This document shows positions 24,707 to 34,973 of a stretch of 39,491 bases of DNA, piece by piece (position 1 is the stretch's first letter; the number at the start of each line of letters is the position of its first letter). The stretch is from IMG/VR virus record IMGVR_UViG_3300045988_177631. The stretch is one strand, 5' to 3'. A model generated the notes under the pieces. The model worked only from the letters and a program-made list of their open reading frames with translations, ran no database searches and was not told where the DNA came from. The position numbers were made by a program, and so were the translations under genes. This stretch comes from a virus.

Positions 24707-24912
24707 TCGAACACCCCGTCACCGATGTGCTGGATAGAGGCCGTGGTCACCTTGGCTGACCCATTGCCCAGGGCCCGCCGCCCCTTGCGCTCAACAACCA
24801 CAGCCCATTGCCAGAGCACGCGGTTCCACCTGGCGTGGAACGTCGCCCCGCCCCACACCCATGTGTGCTGCTGCCCTTCTACGGTGTGATAACCCGTCAG
24901 AACGGATTCCAT
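24691..24912 (-). CDS. Small tail protein
   Basis: ORF track 73 aa. Overlap-coupled within the tail operon. Confidence 0.45.
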   Translation of the reverse strand: MESVLTGYHTVEGQQHTWVWGGATFHARWNRVLWQWAVVVERKGRRALGNGSAKVTTASIQHIGDGVFECKTW

Positions 24913-25517
24913 TTCAAGACTCCATTAAATGCACCAGATGCCGAGTCGACAATCTTGACCGCCAGACTGCGCTTGTCCTGCGGCGCATCGGCAGCCGGCT
25001 TTGACGCCGCCCTATCACTCTTGGCTTTGCCATTCAAAGCGCCGGATGGTTTATCCCCGGTTTTGCCGCCCTTCTTTGCCCGAGGAGGAGCCTTTTCGCC
25101 AGCAACCGATTCCGCCTCCACGGTGCGCACGGCGCGGATGGTCAGCTCCACATCCACGGCTGACACTCCGACCTGCGTGACAGTCACGCCGGTCAGGATG
25201 CCGCGAGGGATGCTGGCCACGGGGCTCACATAGGCCACCGGCTCCTGGGACTCCATCAGTCGATCCAGTGTGGCTCGAGTGCGGGCCGTGGCATCCCTGC
25301 TCAACAGGTCATTACTCACCCGGCCCTTGACCGTCAGTACGCGCTCGGTCGGCCCGATGCCCGTCATCACGTCGAAGCCACCCCAGGCACCGGCGTAGGT
25401 GGACAGCCTCCGCTGATCCTTGACCTCGAACGAGGTAACGGCCGTCAGCTGAATGTCGGCATTCAGGGCGCCCCAGCTTTTCAGGACGCCCGACCGTCCG
25501 TCAATCACGTAGTTCAT
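24897..25517 (-). CDS. Tail protein downstream of tape measure (distal tail/DNA-circulation-like)
   Basis: ORF track 206 aa. Assigned from position. Confidence 0.45.
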   Translation of the reverse strand: MNYVIDGRSGVLKSWGALNADIQLTAVTSFEVKDQRRLSTYAGAWGGFDVMTGIGPTERVLTVKGRVSNDLLSRDATARTRATLDRLMESQEPVAYVSPVASIPRGILTGVTVTQVGVSAVDVELTIRAVRTVEAESVAGEKAPPRAKKGGKTGDKPSGALNGKAKSDRAASKPAADAPQDKRSLAVKIVDSASGAFNGVLKWNPF

Positions 25518-26935
25518 CGTTTCGCAGCCTCAGACGCGGCCCCTCTGACAGATCGCTCGGTCACGCGGCCAATCTCGTTGATTGTAGCCTGATCAGCCTT
25601 GCCCTGAATGTTGATCGTCGTTGTGGCCGTCACATCCTGCTTGAACCCAAAGGCGCCTTTGATCGAACTCCAGGCCGATGAGGCTGTGTCTGCTACGAAC
25701 GATCCGGCAGCCGAGGCAACGCCAGACACCCCTTTGCCGACGGCTGAGGCGGCGTCGCTTGCCAGCCCCTTGAGGCCGCTTATGCTGGATACGCGCTTCC
25801 ACAGGTTGTCTACTGTGGTCATCAGGTCCGAGACCCACTGACGGACGGCGGCAATCTGCGCGCGAACGGCCTTTGCCACATCCTCGAACGGCCCGAACAG
25901 CCGGCCGGCCAGGGAGTCCTGTCCGTTGATCCAGGTGTACAGGTCCTGTACCACAATGAAGATGGCGGCGGCCGCAGCGATGGCAGGGGCGAATGGCGCC
26001 ACGAACGCCCAAGCAGCCCGCGCGGCAGCAGTCAGCCCCGCAACCACGGCAGGGAGATGAGCGGTCGCGATAACCCCGAGGGTTATCCCCAGCGTGTTGA
26101 CGATGGTATCCATTCCACCCAGAAACTGGACCCCGCGCTCGATCGCCCTGGACATCCAGTCCAGTCCGTCTGCCAGCCGCCTGGTGAACCCCGTGGCGGC
26201 ATCAAATCTGGCGATCACACGGTCGATCGTGTCCCGCAGCCCTTGCGTCGCCTGCCCGACGGTGCGCCCCATGCCCTCGGTCTGTGCACGCAAGCTCGGG
26301 CCGATCTTCCGCATGCCGGCCAGCACAACCTCCGTGGTCAGCTTGCCTTGCTCGGCCATCTTCTTGAGGGCCCCCACGGTGCCTTGAGGCCCGAGGATGG
26401 CTCGTGCCAGCTCACGCATCAGAACGCCGGCGCCCTCATTCATGGAGTTCAGTTCGTCACCACGAAGCGTGCCAGAGCCCAGCGCCTGCCCGAACTGACG
26501 CATCACGCCAGCAGCCGTGCCTGCATCGGCCCCGGATGCCTTCAGGCCGGCGTTGAGGGTATCGAGGATCTCCGTGACTTCCTGCTGGTTGGCCAACACG
26601 CCGTCCGTGGCGTTGGCCAGCATGATGTAACCATCGATGTAGCTATCCATGCCAGCGCCCAGCGATCGGGCGCGGTCGGCCAGCTGATCGAAGTCACCCC
26701 CTTGTGACAGCGACTTCAGGCGATCCTTCATCGTGTTGATGCGGTCACCCACCTCGGCCAGCTTGCGACCGAATGCGGCCAGGCCAGCCACACCCACAAG
26801 GGCAAACGCTGCCTTCATGGCCGTGGCCGCCCGCTCCGTGGAGCGCTTAGCCTGGTCAACGGCACCCTCGTACCTCTTCAAGGAGACTGTGTCCGTCTGG
26901 AATCCCAGTCGGGTCACGAGCTCACGAACGATCAT
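25514..26935 (-). CDS. Tail tape measure protein
   Basis: Internal ATG of ORF 25514..26980 after gagagg. 473 aa. Ala/Gly-rich and helical, with hydrophobic segments. Confidence 0.75.
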   Translation of the reverse strand: MIVRELVTRLGFQTDTVSLKRYEGAVDQAKRSTERAATAMKAAFALVGVAGLAAFGRKLAEVGDRINTMKDRLKSLSQGGDFDQLADRARSLGAGMDSYIDGYIMLANATDGVLANQQEVTEILDTLNAGLKASGADAGTAAGVMRQFGQALGSGTLRGDELNSMNEGAGVLMRELARAILGPQGTVGALKKMAEQGKLTTEVVLAGMRKIGPSLRAQTEGMGRTVGQATQGLRDTIDRVIARFDAATGFTRRLADGLDWMSRAIERGVQFLGGMDTIVNTLGITLGVIATAHLPAVVAGLTAAARAAWAFVAPFAPAIAAAAAIFIVVQDLYTWINGQDSLAGRLFGPFEDVAKAVRAQIAAVRQWVSDLMTTVDNLWKRVSSISGLKGLASDAASAVGKGVSGVASAAGSFVADTASSAWSSIKGAFGFKQDVTATTTINIQGKADQATINEIGRVTERSVRGAASEAAKR

Positions 26936-27131
26936 TGCTTGCCTCTCGTTGGATTGACGCCCGCATATCCAGCAGGCCATTCAGTTGCATCAGCCGTCCA
27001 AGTGAGACGGCCCCGGTTTCCACGGCCTCTAGAGAGACCATGCCCTCGAGGATGGGGCGCCAGATCACGAACTGCTCTTCCACATCGGCCCGGAGTCTTC
27101 CGGGTAGCGCCCCATCCTCGTGCCCCCTCAC
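26922..27131 (-). CDS. Tail assembly chaperone-region protein
   Basis: ORF track 69 aa. GTGA-coupled to the upstream chaperone. Confidence 0.45.
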   Translation of the reverse strand: MRGHEDGALPGRLRADVEEQFVIWRPILEGMVSLEAVETGAVSLGRLMQLNGLLDMRASIQREASNDRS

Positions 27132-27505
27132 GAATGGGCGCCAAACCGGGTGAGCGCCCTCGTGAAAGCCGGGCCCACCTGCTCCTTGATGCTGATCACG
27201 GCCAGCTCGTACAGGTCGCCGATGCTCTCGGCGGTGAATAGGGCGTTCACGTCGGCCTCGGAGCGCAGGGGCTTGCCGTCACACGTCATGGCGGCTTTCT
27301 GCCACATCGGCAGGGCGATATCCTGCACGGGGTCGCCAATCTCGGCCAGCTTGCCGATCAGAGAGGTCACATCAGCATCCATCGACACGGAGCCTAGCGC
27401 CGGCCCCAGGGTCTTCACCAGCTGGAGCACCAGCTTGTGAGCGTCGAATGCGTTAAGTTGCATGTAACGGTAAGTACGGCCGTTGATGATGGATTCGATC
27501 TGCAT
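27128..27505 (-). CDS. Tail assembly chaperone
   Basis: ATG inside ORF 27128..27520. 125 aa. Lies between the tube and tape measure genes. Confidence 0.55.
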   Translation of the reverse strand: MQIESIINGRTYRYMQLNAFDAHKLVLQLVKTLGPALGSVSMDADVTSLIGKLAEIGDPVQDIALPMWQKAAMTCDGKPLRSEADVNALFTAESIGDLYELAVISIKEQVGPAFTRALTRFGAHS

Positions 27506-27518
27506 TGTCTTGTTGCCC

Positions 27519-27548
27519 AAAAAAAAGGCCCGCCGAGGCTGGCGGGCC
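27519..27548 (-). terminator. Intrinsic terminator after the tail tube gene
   Basis: On the minus strand: GGCCCGCC-agcctc-GGCGGGCC followed by T8. Confidence 0.8.
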
Positions 27549-27567
27549 AGGGATGCTCTGAATTGTA

Positions 27568-27990
27568 TCAGAACGAGGTCAGCACTTGCTCAGCCAAGAA
27601 CTCCCACTCGCGGGAGCCCAGGGACTTGCTGATGCTCAGACCAGGGCCTTTGGACAGGTAGCAGACCGGGGCCAAGGCCAGGCGCGTGCCGCTCGACTTG
27701 TCGATCACGGTGATGGGGATTGAGGCCGTGGACAGGGCGGGCGTGCCGTAGCCGGTCAAGGCCTGCAGCGCCTTGTGTGTGTCAGACGTGGCCAGCACGC
27801 TGATCTTGATCGTGGCAGTCTGGTCAGCCGACAGCGTGGGAGCAACTTTGCCATCAAGGCCGACGGCAAACTGCATGCCATCCGACCGGCGCTCGATCAC
27901 GACGGCGTCGTCTTCCGACAGGTTGCTGACGGTCACGTGGCCGACGGTCACGACAATGTCAGCGGGGTTGAATGCTTGGGTGATTGCCAT
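27568..27990 (-). CDS. Tail tube protein
   Basis: ORF track 140 aa. Immediately downstream of the sheath gene. Beta-rich. Confidence 0.65.
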   Translation of the reverse strand: MAITQAFNPADIVVTVGHVTVSNLSEDDAVVIERRSDGMQFAVGLDGKVAPTLSADQTATIKISVLATSDTHKALQALTGYGTPALSTASIPITVIDKSSGTRLALAPVCYLSKGPGLSISKSLGSREWEFLAEQVLTSF

Positions 27991-28095
27991 TTTGAATCCT
28001 TTGAGAGGAGGGGCCGAGGCCCCTCAGAATCTGTCACGGTGTGCCGTCGTAGGTGTTTCAATCCATGGCCTCATTGAGGCTGACGGCGCATCCTA

Positions 28096-29151
28096 TCACA
28101 AGGCGCCATCGTAAGTGAAGGAGCCCGTCACCTCGATGGCGTGGATCGCGCCGGTCAGGTAGGCCGAGAACGACACGTGAGCGACGCGGGAGGCCTTGGT
28201 GTTGAATGGCACATCCTTGGCTTGCGGGACGGTCACGGTGTAGCCGCGAACCAGCTGACCCTCGCCGTTGTCGCGCCAGTCAACCACGCCGCCGGCCTTC
28301 ACGCCCTCTTCCAAGGACTTGATCATCGAGGATTCGATGACAGCCAGCCCCTCGTCCGTGTACGGCAGCTTCGGGCGATTGATCAGGGTTGCCACCAGGT
28401 TGGTCTGCATCACGTCCTGCAACCAGTCGCGGAAGCGGATCACGTCAACCCACTCGCCGCCGGCAACCTTGCCGCCACGGGTCAGGTTCAGGTTCGCGCT
28501 CATCCGGCTGAACACGGTGCCGTTGTTGTTCAGTACCTCCTGATCCTGTTGCGGAGTCAGTGAGGCAGGCCGCACGCCGGACAGCTGCTTCAGCGCCCAG
28601 GTCTCGGATCCAGCAGCATAGCCCAGGCACTTGGCAGCCCAGGCGCCGGCGGTCACGCCAGCCCCTTCGTCGCCAACGACTACGGCGGTCCGGTACAGGT
28701 TCTGATCCTTGGCGGCCTTGGGGGTAATCTGGTCGGTCACGAACAGGCGGCGCTCGCCCTCGATTGCTTTTGCGAACTCGATCATGTCGAGCGACTCGCC
28801 CGCAATCACAGCGGCGTACCAGTCAGAATCCTTCTGGATGGCCGTGGCCAGGTTGGCAGAAGTCCATTTGCCGGACGCGCCAAGCGCTGACATGAAGACC
28901 TTCACCGACCGGGGCCGCGGGGACTGCGAGAAGATCGCGGTAAGCACCCGGTGTGTAGGCGTGTTGATCGCCACCACGTTGTTGATGTCAGACAGGCGGT
29001 TGTAGGTTGACACAGAATCCGCGGCCGGAGCTTTGCCCGGCACGTAGTCCGTGTTGCGCGAGAAGACCATGATCGTGCCGAAGTTGGCACGGCCGATGCC
29101 GGTCGTGTTGAGGTGGATGTCCACCGAGACGATATCGTCCAGAGTTGCCAT
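28096..29151 (-). CDS. Contractile tail sheath protein (DUF3383-like)
   Basis: Met11 of ORF 28096..29181, overlapping the upstream stop (TGATG). 351 aa. MATLDDIVSVDIHLNTTG start typical of this sheath family. Confidence 0.7.
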   Translation of the reverse strand: MATLDDIVSVDIHLNTTGIGRANFGTIMVFSRNTDYVPGKAPAADSVSTYNRLSDINNVVAINTPTHRVLTAIFSQSPRPRSVKVFMSALGASGKWTSANLATAIQKDSDWYAAVIAGESLDMIEFAKAIEGERRLFVTDQITPKAAKDQNLYRTAVVVGDEGAGVTAGAWAAKCLGYAAGSETWALKQLSGVRPASLTPQQDQEVLNNNGTVFSRMSANLNLTRGGKVAGGEWVDVIRFRDWLQDVMQTNLVATLINRPKLPYTDEGLAVIESSMIKSLEEGVKAGGVVDWRDNGEGQLVRGYTVTVPQAKDVPFNTKASRVAHVSFSAYLTGAIHAIEVTGSFTYDGAL

Positions 29152-29603
29152 CAAGGCCTCCGTGAAATGAATGCGGGCCACTGCCGCTCATTGATGGTCG
29201 GCGTCGTGGATACAGTGTCAATGATACCATCCGCCTCGGGCGCTGTGACGGGCTCAATGAGGTGGTATGCGGCGTCGCACGTGGCTCGATCCTCCCACTG
29301 GATATCTTCCAGCGACGTCGGGATCCGTTGCACATCGCCAGTCCAGCGGAGCTGCGGGGCTTTGGTACGAAGGAGCGACAGGTTGATCAAGGCCCTCGCG
29401 CCGTGCCACTGGATCCGGCAGTTGACCGCGTACTCGGCGTATCTCCGGGCGTCCTGTGGGCAGTACTCCTCGCGCACGCCAGTCACACCGGTCTCCTCGA
29501 CCAGCACGTAGGGTGGCTTGGGTCTTGGGGCGTTCTGGTGACTGAAGATCACCTCTGGCGCCCCGGCGGCCTTCAGGTATGCGTACAGCTCATCGTGCGT
29601 CAC
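29151..29603 (-). CDS. Neck/tail terminator-like protein
   Basis: ORF track 150 aa. Assigned from position. Confidence 0.45.
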   Translation of the reverse strand: MTHDELYAYLKAAGAPEVIFSHQNAPRPKPPYVLVEETGVTGVREEYCPQDARRYAEYAVNCRIQWHGARALINLSLLRTKAPQLRWTGDVQRIPTSLEDIQWEDRATCDAAYHLIEPVTAPEADGIIDTVSTTPTINERQWPAFISRRP

Positions 29604-29953
29604 GGCTGCTGCTCCTCGACGGCCACCACACGTCGGGCGATCAGCTTCCTGTGCTCGATCACGCCGCCGAAGTGGGCCTCATCGCTGATCACGATCCATT
29701 GCTGGTCACGCCACGTGATCGTGACGCGCTCCTGGCCGTACCCGTGGACCGGGATCGTGTCGTCGTCGGTGTAGATCTTGATCATTTGGCCGAAGCGCTC
29801 GCCTTCAGGCAGGTCGTTGATGTCCTGCATGGCCGCGGGCTGAACCGACGCCTCGATCTCGCGATCAACTGCGGCGCCAGCAACCCACTGGCCGCGCTCG
29901 TAGCGACCTGGCTGGGTCCAGTGAAACATCACGGGAACTCTGAACTGGCTCAT
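29600..29953 (-). CDS. Head-tail joining protein
   Basis: ORF track 117 aa. Assigned from position. Confidence 0.45.
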   Translation of the reverse strand: MSQFRVPVMFHWTQPGRYERGQWVAGAAVDREIEASVQPAAMQDINDLPEGERFGQMIKIYTDDDTIPVHGYGQERVTITWRDQQWIVISDEAHFGGVIEHRKLIARRVVAVEEQQP

Positions 29954-30378
29954 TTACCATTCACCCTGTGTGTGATTGATTGCATCATCTTTCCGCTGTC
30001 GACCATGGTCTTCGCGTGGCCTTTGCGACGAACCGTTTCAACCTTCAAGGCAGGCGGGAAGTTGGCCGAGTTGACGTGCGCCCGCACGATGTCAGCCACG
30101 TCTGCCCCGAGATTGTCGACCGCCTTCTGCTTGCTGACTCGACCGTCAAGGATTGCGGTTGCTGTGGCCGCCATCGCAGCCTGCACGGCCATCCCGTTAT
30201 CCTCGATGCCCTTGGTCAGCCACCGGCGGGCCGGCGTGTGACCGTCACTGCTACCGAACTCATGCACAGAGGCGTAGACGGCCACATCCGGATCCAGTAC
30301 GCCGACATCGACCGTGGGCATCCGGAGGATGGACGCCTTGATCTTGTCCCACGTGGCCCGCTTATCGATTACAGCCAC
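29950..30378 (-). CDS. HK97 gp10-like head-tail component
   Basis: GTG at 30378 inside ORF 29950..30453 (an ATG at 30321 is the alternative). HEFGSSDGHTPARRWL resembles the gp10-family motif. Confidence 0.5.
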   Translation of the reverse strand: MAVIDKRATWDKIKASILRMPTVDVGVLDPDVAVYASVHEFGSSDGHTPARRWLTKGIEDNGMAVQAAMAATATAILDGRVSKQKAVDNLGADVADIVRAHVNSANFPPALKVETVRRKGHAKTMVDSGKMMQSITHRVNGK

Positions 30379-30742
30379 AGTTTGAGCCCTCTTCGTACGG
30401 CGACACCAGGAACCCGGGGGTGTGATACTCGGTCGTCTGCCCCTCTGCCTCAAGCAGATCCTTCAGCATCCGCCCCCAGAACGACCAGCCAAGCGGATCG
30501 CTACCCTGCATGTTGGCGTACGTGCGAGACAGGTCGCCTTCACGCTCCGTCAGAACCTGGGCCGACTGCGACCGCGTGGCCTTCAGGTGCAGGGCGTAGA
30601 GAGCGGCTGCAAATGCCACCTTCTCGGCCGGCAACTTCGCCAGCTTGCCCCACATCATCGCCAGCTTGATGAACAGGGTCATGCCAGCCGACGATTCGCC
30701 AAGGGCGGCGATCTGGTCAAGCACTTCCTGTTCGGTCATCAC
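30362..30742 (-). CDS. Head-tail connector/adaptor protein
   Basis: ORF track 126 aa. Assigned from position. Confidence 0.5.
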   Translation of the reverse strand: MMTEQEVLDQIAALGESSAGMTLFIKLAMMWGKLAKLPAEKVAFAAALYALHLKATRSQSAQVLTEREGDLSRTYANMQGSDPLGWSFWGRMLKDLLEAEGQTTEYHTPGFLVSPYEEGSNCGCNR

Positions 30743-30948
30743 TCAACCTCCGGCTCGGCAGCGGCTTTGCGGGCACGCTTGGGCTTGTCTTCGGTGGCAG
30801 GCTCTTCGGTGACCGGGGTGGAATCGTCTTGCACAAGAGTCAGCATCGAGCCGTTGTAACCCGCCAGTTCGATCGTGTCACCCGGTCGAACGGCATATGA
30901 ACCAATGACCAGCGTGAAGTCGTAGGGGTTGCGGTAGGTCTTCAGCAT
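30739..30948 (-). CDS. Hypothetical small structural-module protein
   Basis: ORF track 69 aa. ggag RBS. Confidence 0.5.
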   Translation of the reverse strand: MLKTYRNPYDFTLVIGSYAVRPGDTIELAGYNGSMLTLVQDDSTPVTEEPATEDKPKRARKAAAEPEVE

Positions 30949-30960
30949 TGCGGTATCTCC

Positions 30961-30986
30961 AAAAAGAAAACCCCGCCGAAGCGGGG
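30961..30986 (-). terminator. Intrinsic terminator after the major capsid gene
   Basis: On the minus strand: CCCCGC-ttcg-GCGGGG followed by ttttcttttt. Confidence 0.8.
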
Positions 30987-31006
30987 CTTTCGGACTACCG
31001 TGTAGT

Positions 31007-31921
31007 TTACACGATGCCGGTGGCGGTCACGACCGCCTTCGAGTTACCAATCACCAGGCCAGCGGTGCGGCTTTCGAAGATCGTCTTAACGCCAAGGCCA
31101 TCACGCTGCTCGGGGTGGCGATAGCCAAACATCGGCAGCCAGATACCGCCAACGGCGGCCGACTTGTACAGGGCCAGGATGTCTTTGCCACCCAGGGTCT
31201 TCATTGCCACGGACTCGGTCACGGTCACGCCGGGCATCGTCTCTGCGAACAGCTGCAGAGCGGTCTTGCCGTTGATGTTCTTCGTGGCAGCGATCTCCAG
31301 TGCTTCTGGCGACAGATAGACGTTGTCGGCGCGAACCAGGCCATTGGTCTGCACGGCGACCGAGCGAACCAGGGTACGCATGTCGCGGGCGATCTCAGCA
31401 GCACCTTTGGCTTCCCACAGTTTGCTGTTGCCGGTACCGTCACTCTTCACTTCGGCCTGGGCGAACTGGAAGTTATTGAAGCCAGTGATGCCGTACGAAG
31501 CATCGCCTTGCCAGAAGATGCGGTCGATCTCGGCAGCCTGGGCGATCATTGCGGCCTGGTGCTTGCCTTGATCCAGCGGGGAGCCGGTGCGGGCAGCAAC
31601 TTCCAGCTCCATCGTGCTAAAGCAGATGTAGTTGGCAATCTGGAACAGGTTGGCATTGCGGTTGATCTTGCCAATGTCAGCAGCCGGGATGTCCGTTGCC
31701 TTGTTGTGCACGATCTGGGCGCGACCGTAGGAGTCGTACTCACTCGACTCGACGGACGTGTGAGCCCCCATGCCTTGCCCCAGCACCGGGAACAGGCGAA
31801 CAGCCTCGGGTTGCACGGCCAGTTGCTGAAGCAGTCCGCCGTACACGGCTTGCAGTTTGCTCGAAACCAGGGCGCTACCAGCGTCATCCAGGTTCAGCAG
31901 GGATTTGATCAGGTCAGACAT
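31007..31921 (-). CDS. Major capsid protein (DUF2184-like)
   Basis: Met19 of ORF 31007..31975 with gagg upstream. 304 aa. Lies after the scaffold and decoration genes and is followed by a strong terminator. Confidence 0.7.
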   Translation of the reverse strand: MSDLIKSLLNLDDAGSALVSSKLQAVYGGLLQQLAVQPEAVRLFPVLGQGMGAHTSVESSEYDSYGRAQIVHNKATDIPAADIGKINRNANLFQIANYICFSTMELEVAARTGSPLDQGKHQAAMIAQAAEIDRIFWQGDASYGITGFNNFQFAQAEVKSDGTGNSKLWEAKGAAEIARDMRTLVRSVAVQTNGLVRADNVYLSPEALEIAATKNINGKTALQLFAETMPGVTVTESVAMKTLGGKDILALYKSAAVGGIWLPMFGYRHPEQRDGLGVKTIFESRTAGLVIGNSKAVVTATGIV

Positions 31922-31975
31922 TTCTACCTCAGGAGAAGAAGGGGTACGGGGCGCATTATAGCGCCCCTTTGGCAA

Positions 31976-32398
31976 TCACTTGACGGTGTTCACCTGCACA
32001 TCAATCAGGCCGCCATTGCCAACTGCGGTTTTGGCAACCAGACTCAGGAACGCCGGTTCATTGCCACCGGTAGCCTTGGCCATCACGGTTTTTTGCGAAC
32101 CGTGGTAATTCAAGCGGGCGTTGGCGTCAACCTTACCGGAGGCGCGAACCGTGATGGTGCCTTGCGTCAGCACGCCGACGGGCTGGCCTTTCAGGTACTT
32201 GCCTTGGCCGACACACACGTGCGAGGCGACCGCGAAGCCGATGACGTTGCCGTTGGTGGCTTCGGACACGGTTCCGTCGGTACCCAGCATCACGGCAGCG
32301 CCGAAGGGGATCTCGGCGCCGGCAGGGAACGTTTCGATGGCGGTCGGGCTGTATCCGTGCTGGATCATGCCCGGGGACGATTTGGGGATGTTGTACAT
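31976..32398 (-). CDS. DUF2190-like head decoration/cement protein
   Basis: ORF track 140 aa. Gly-rich beta protein immediately upstream of the capsid gene. Confidence 0.55.
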   Translation of the reverse strand: MYNIPKSSPGMIQHGYSPTAIETFPAGAEIPFGAAVMLGTDGTVSEATNGNVIGFAVASHVCVGQGKYLKGQPVGVLTQGTITVRASGKVDANARLNYHGSQKTVMAKATGGNEPAFLSLVAKTAVGNGGLIDVQVNTVK

Positions 32399-32399
32399 T

Positions 32400-33308
32400 T
32401 CAGACCCTCAGGAAAGAGAATGCAGTGGTCGCGACTTGCGCGGGGGTTGCTTCGGGCTTTGCTGGCTCGGCGCGAACGGTTTTCACGACGTCGAATGCGG
32501 CACGGATGTACTCGTCCGACTTACCGTCCAGTTTAACACTGGGCTGGGCATGTGCCAGCACGGCCTTCATCGTAGCGATGGCCGAACCTTCGGGCCTCAC
32601 GCCGAACTGTTTGGCCACGTCGGCGGCGGCATACTCCTCGGCGACATCGGCGCGCACAGCGGCTTCAATTTCGGCACGCAGAGCCGCCAGCTTCTCGCCA
32701 GTGAGCTCAACAGCCTTCGGCTCGGCCTGCAGGCGCTCAACTTCGGCCTGAAGGGCGTCGCAACGCGCTTGAAGTTGATCAACGGTCGGGGATTCGACCG
32801 GCTTGACTTGTTCATCCATTCGGGGAAACTCCTTGGAAAATCGGGCGTTACCAGCCCGCCCACGGGTGACAATTGAGAGGTGATTGCACCGGATGTTGCG
32901 CTGGACCGCGTCATACTTGACGCCTTCCGGGGTAATGCCGGGCTTCAACTCAGTTTCGACAGTATACCCCACCGATAGCTCGGCTTTCAAGCCGCGCTCG
33001 ATCAGGTCTACCGCCCGCTTGTCGTGAACCACGACGCGGGCACGGAGGTTCTGACCGTCCTGCCACGGCTCGCCCAGGATCGCGCCAACGACGACCCCCT
33101 TAACGTTCTCGGAGCGAACCATGAACGACGGGTGATCAATGGTCAGTGGGCGCCCCACGAAAGATGCCAGTGACTTCGGGGAGAACACCTCCTCGGGTGG
33201 GCGATACTCTGCCACATCCGCGCCATCGCGCCTGTACCACTGAATGCCTGTGCGAGCAATGATGGGTGTGTCGATGATGTAGCCTTCCGGCGTCTTGCCG
33301 ATCTTCAT
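32400..33308 (-). CDS. Scaffold / prohead protease-like protein (DUF2213-like)
   Basis: ORF track 302 aa. Globular N-terminal domain plus an Ala/Glu coiled-coil C-terminal half. Confidence 0.55.
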   Translation of the reverse strand: MKIGKTPEGYIIDTPIIARTGIQWYRRDGADVAEYRPPEEVFSPKSLASFVGRPLTIDHPSFMVRSENVKGVVVGAILGEPWQDGQNLRARVVVHDKRAVDLIERGLKAELSVGYTVETELKPGITPEGVKYDAVQRNIRCNHLSIVTRGRAGNARFSKEFPRMDEQVKPVESPTVDQLQARCDALQAEVERLQAEPKAVELTGEKLAALRAEIEAAVRADVAEEYAAADVAKQFGVRPEGSAIATMKAVLAHAQPSVKLDGKSDEYIRAAFDVVKTVRAEPAKPEATPAQVATTAFSFLRV

Positions 33309-34000
33309 TCAACCTCCACGGGGTTCAGGTTTCGGGGGAAGATTGGCTCGGCGTGACAGCGACACCTGATCTCCCATCCGGGGTTCGTCACTCCATTGTA
33401 GCTGAACACCTCACCGTCACGAGCGCGATGCGTCGGCCGAACACGGCTGTCGCGCTCGCTGATCCAGCGGTAGGTGATGGACCCCATGGCCTGGTACCGG
33501 GCGCGGTTGAGGACTTCCGTGCCCTTGTTGAACTGGTCCTCGGCGATCAGCTCGGCGCGGTTGTGGGCCATCCCTAGCACACGGATCAATCCTTCCTTGA
33601 TGGCCTCTGGCTGACCGGCGTACTGGGTGAGGATCTGAGTGGCTCGTTCGGCGTGACGGTCGGTCAGAGATCCGATGAGCCGCACTTGCTCAGCGATCCA
33701 GCGGTCGCGCTCGGCAGCCAGCCAGCGCTCAACTCGCACGCGTTGGTTTCCGTCCAGGCCTTTGAAGTCAGCCGACGGAGGTAGCTCAACGCCCGTGCGG
33801 GACTTGACCAACATCCGGAACTGGCGATCCTGGAAGCGCGAGAGGTAGATATGGAACCACTCCAGCTTGCCACGAACGGAGTCCACCTCGTCGAGATCCA
33901 CGAACGGCCACTCGGCCTTGACTGTCTTCTTCAAGGCCTTGGTGTAGTCGACGGCGCTTGGCCACTCGGCGTACTTCTTCCCTTGCTCACGCCGAGACAT
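33305..34000 (-). CDS. Head morphogenesis protein, Mu F / SPP1 gp7 family
   Basis: ORF track 231 aa. RVRPTHRARDGEVF motif. Confidence 0.7.
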   Translation of the reverse strand: MSRREQGKKYAEWPSAVDYTKALKKTVKAEWPFVDLDEVDSVRGKLEWFHIYLSRFQDRQFRMLVKSRTGVELPPSADFKGLDGNQRVRVERWLAAERDRWIAEQVRLIGSLTDRHAERATQILTQYAGQPEAIKEGLIRVLGMAHNRAELIAEDQFNKGTEVLNRARYQAMGSITYRWISERDSRVRPTHRARDGEVFSYNGVTNPGWEIRCRCHAEPIFPRNLNPVEVE

Positions 34001-34973
34001 CGAAGCCCTCCGCCGTCAGCAGGTTGCGGGCCTGTTCGTTGTCCAGCACACCGTGTGACAGCAGGCGATCCAGGGCGGAGGCGATGCGCTCCAGGCGCTG
34101 CGCGCGCTCGGCCTGACTCTCCCGTGTCAGGTCCTCGAACTCGACGGCCTCGCCGGACAGGAACTCCAGGACCGCCGCGACCTGCGTCTCCTGATACTGA
34201 CGAATCTGGGCGCGCCAGTTCTGACTTTCGCCGCTGTTGGCGCCAAGCCCACTGGACACGGCGTCCCCGAACAGGATGCGGGCGGGAATGCCCGAGGCTG
34301 CGCACACGGTCTCCCGGGCGGCCTCGATGGTTGACTGGGCGGCCGACATTTGCGCCGTCTGAATGGTGTAGTCCTCAGCTCCGTCGATCACGACCGTGTT
34401 TCGGACGCCACGAGCAGCATCCACGAGGGCGATTCGCTGCTCGACCAGCTGGCGACCGTTGGGTGTCTGCAGGTAGCGCGACAGGTCCGGGATCTTGTGC
34501 ACCGGTTGTTGTGACCGCTCCAGACCAGCTACGGCCATATCCACGGCCCTCAGGTAACGCTTGATGGCGGCCTTGATGCCATCACGGTCCATCAACCCCT
34601 TCAGCACCATGAACCCATCTTGTGCATACAAGACGTTGTCAACGATGATTTCGACCGGATCCCCCTTGCTCTCGCCGACTGTCGCCGAGCGGACGACTGA
34701 GCAGGTCGAGCGGTTCAGGACGCGGCCAGACTGCAGGATGATCGATTCGCCGTCGCGCTCGGCGCGAGCTAATGCACGAGCTACCGCACGGCTTAACTTT
34801 GATGCCAACTTGTGATTGGTCCTCCAGCCGCTCACAGCGGCCCACGGAAGGATTCCCCAGATACGGCCCAGTCCTTCGCCGCGGTCACGCCAGTCTAGGG
34901 GCGAAAGCCCGGTCTTCGTGAAGACGTCCTCGTAGGCGCCGTCTTGGGTAATGGTCGCAGTCGTATTGATCAC
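33987..34973 (-). CDS. Portal protein
   Basis: ORF track 328 aa. Directly downstream of and overlapping terL. Confidence 0.6.
   Translation of the reverse strand: MINTTATITQDGAYEDVFTKTGLSPLDWRDRGEGLGRIWGILPWAAVSGWRTNHKLASKLSRAVARALARAERDGESIILQSGRVLNRSTCSVVRSATVGESKGDPVEIIVDNVLYAQDGFMVLKGLMDRDGIKAAIKRYLRAVDMAVAGLERSQQPVHKIPDLSRYLQTPNGRQLVEQRIALVDAARGVRNTVVIDGAEDYTIQTAQMSAAQSTIEAARETVCAASGIPARILFGDAVSSGLGANSGESQNWRAQIRQYQETQVAAVLEFLSGEAVEFEDLTRESQAERAQRLERIASALDRLLSHGVLDNEQARNLLTAEGFDVSA

Noticed and set aside
26922-27520. Possible programmed -1 frameshift between the two tail chaperone ORFs (gpG/gpGT style)
   Set aside because: The ORFs are joined by a GTGA stop/start overlap, and I saw no slippery heptamer (XXXYYYZ) upstream of the first stop. 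Simple translational coupling suffices.
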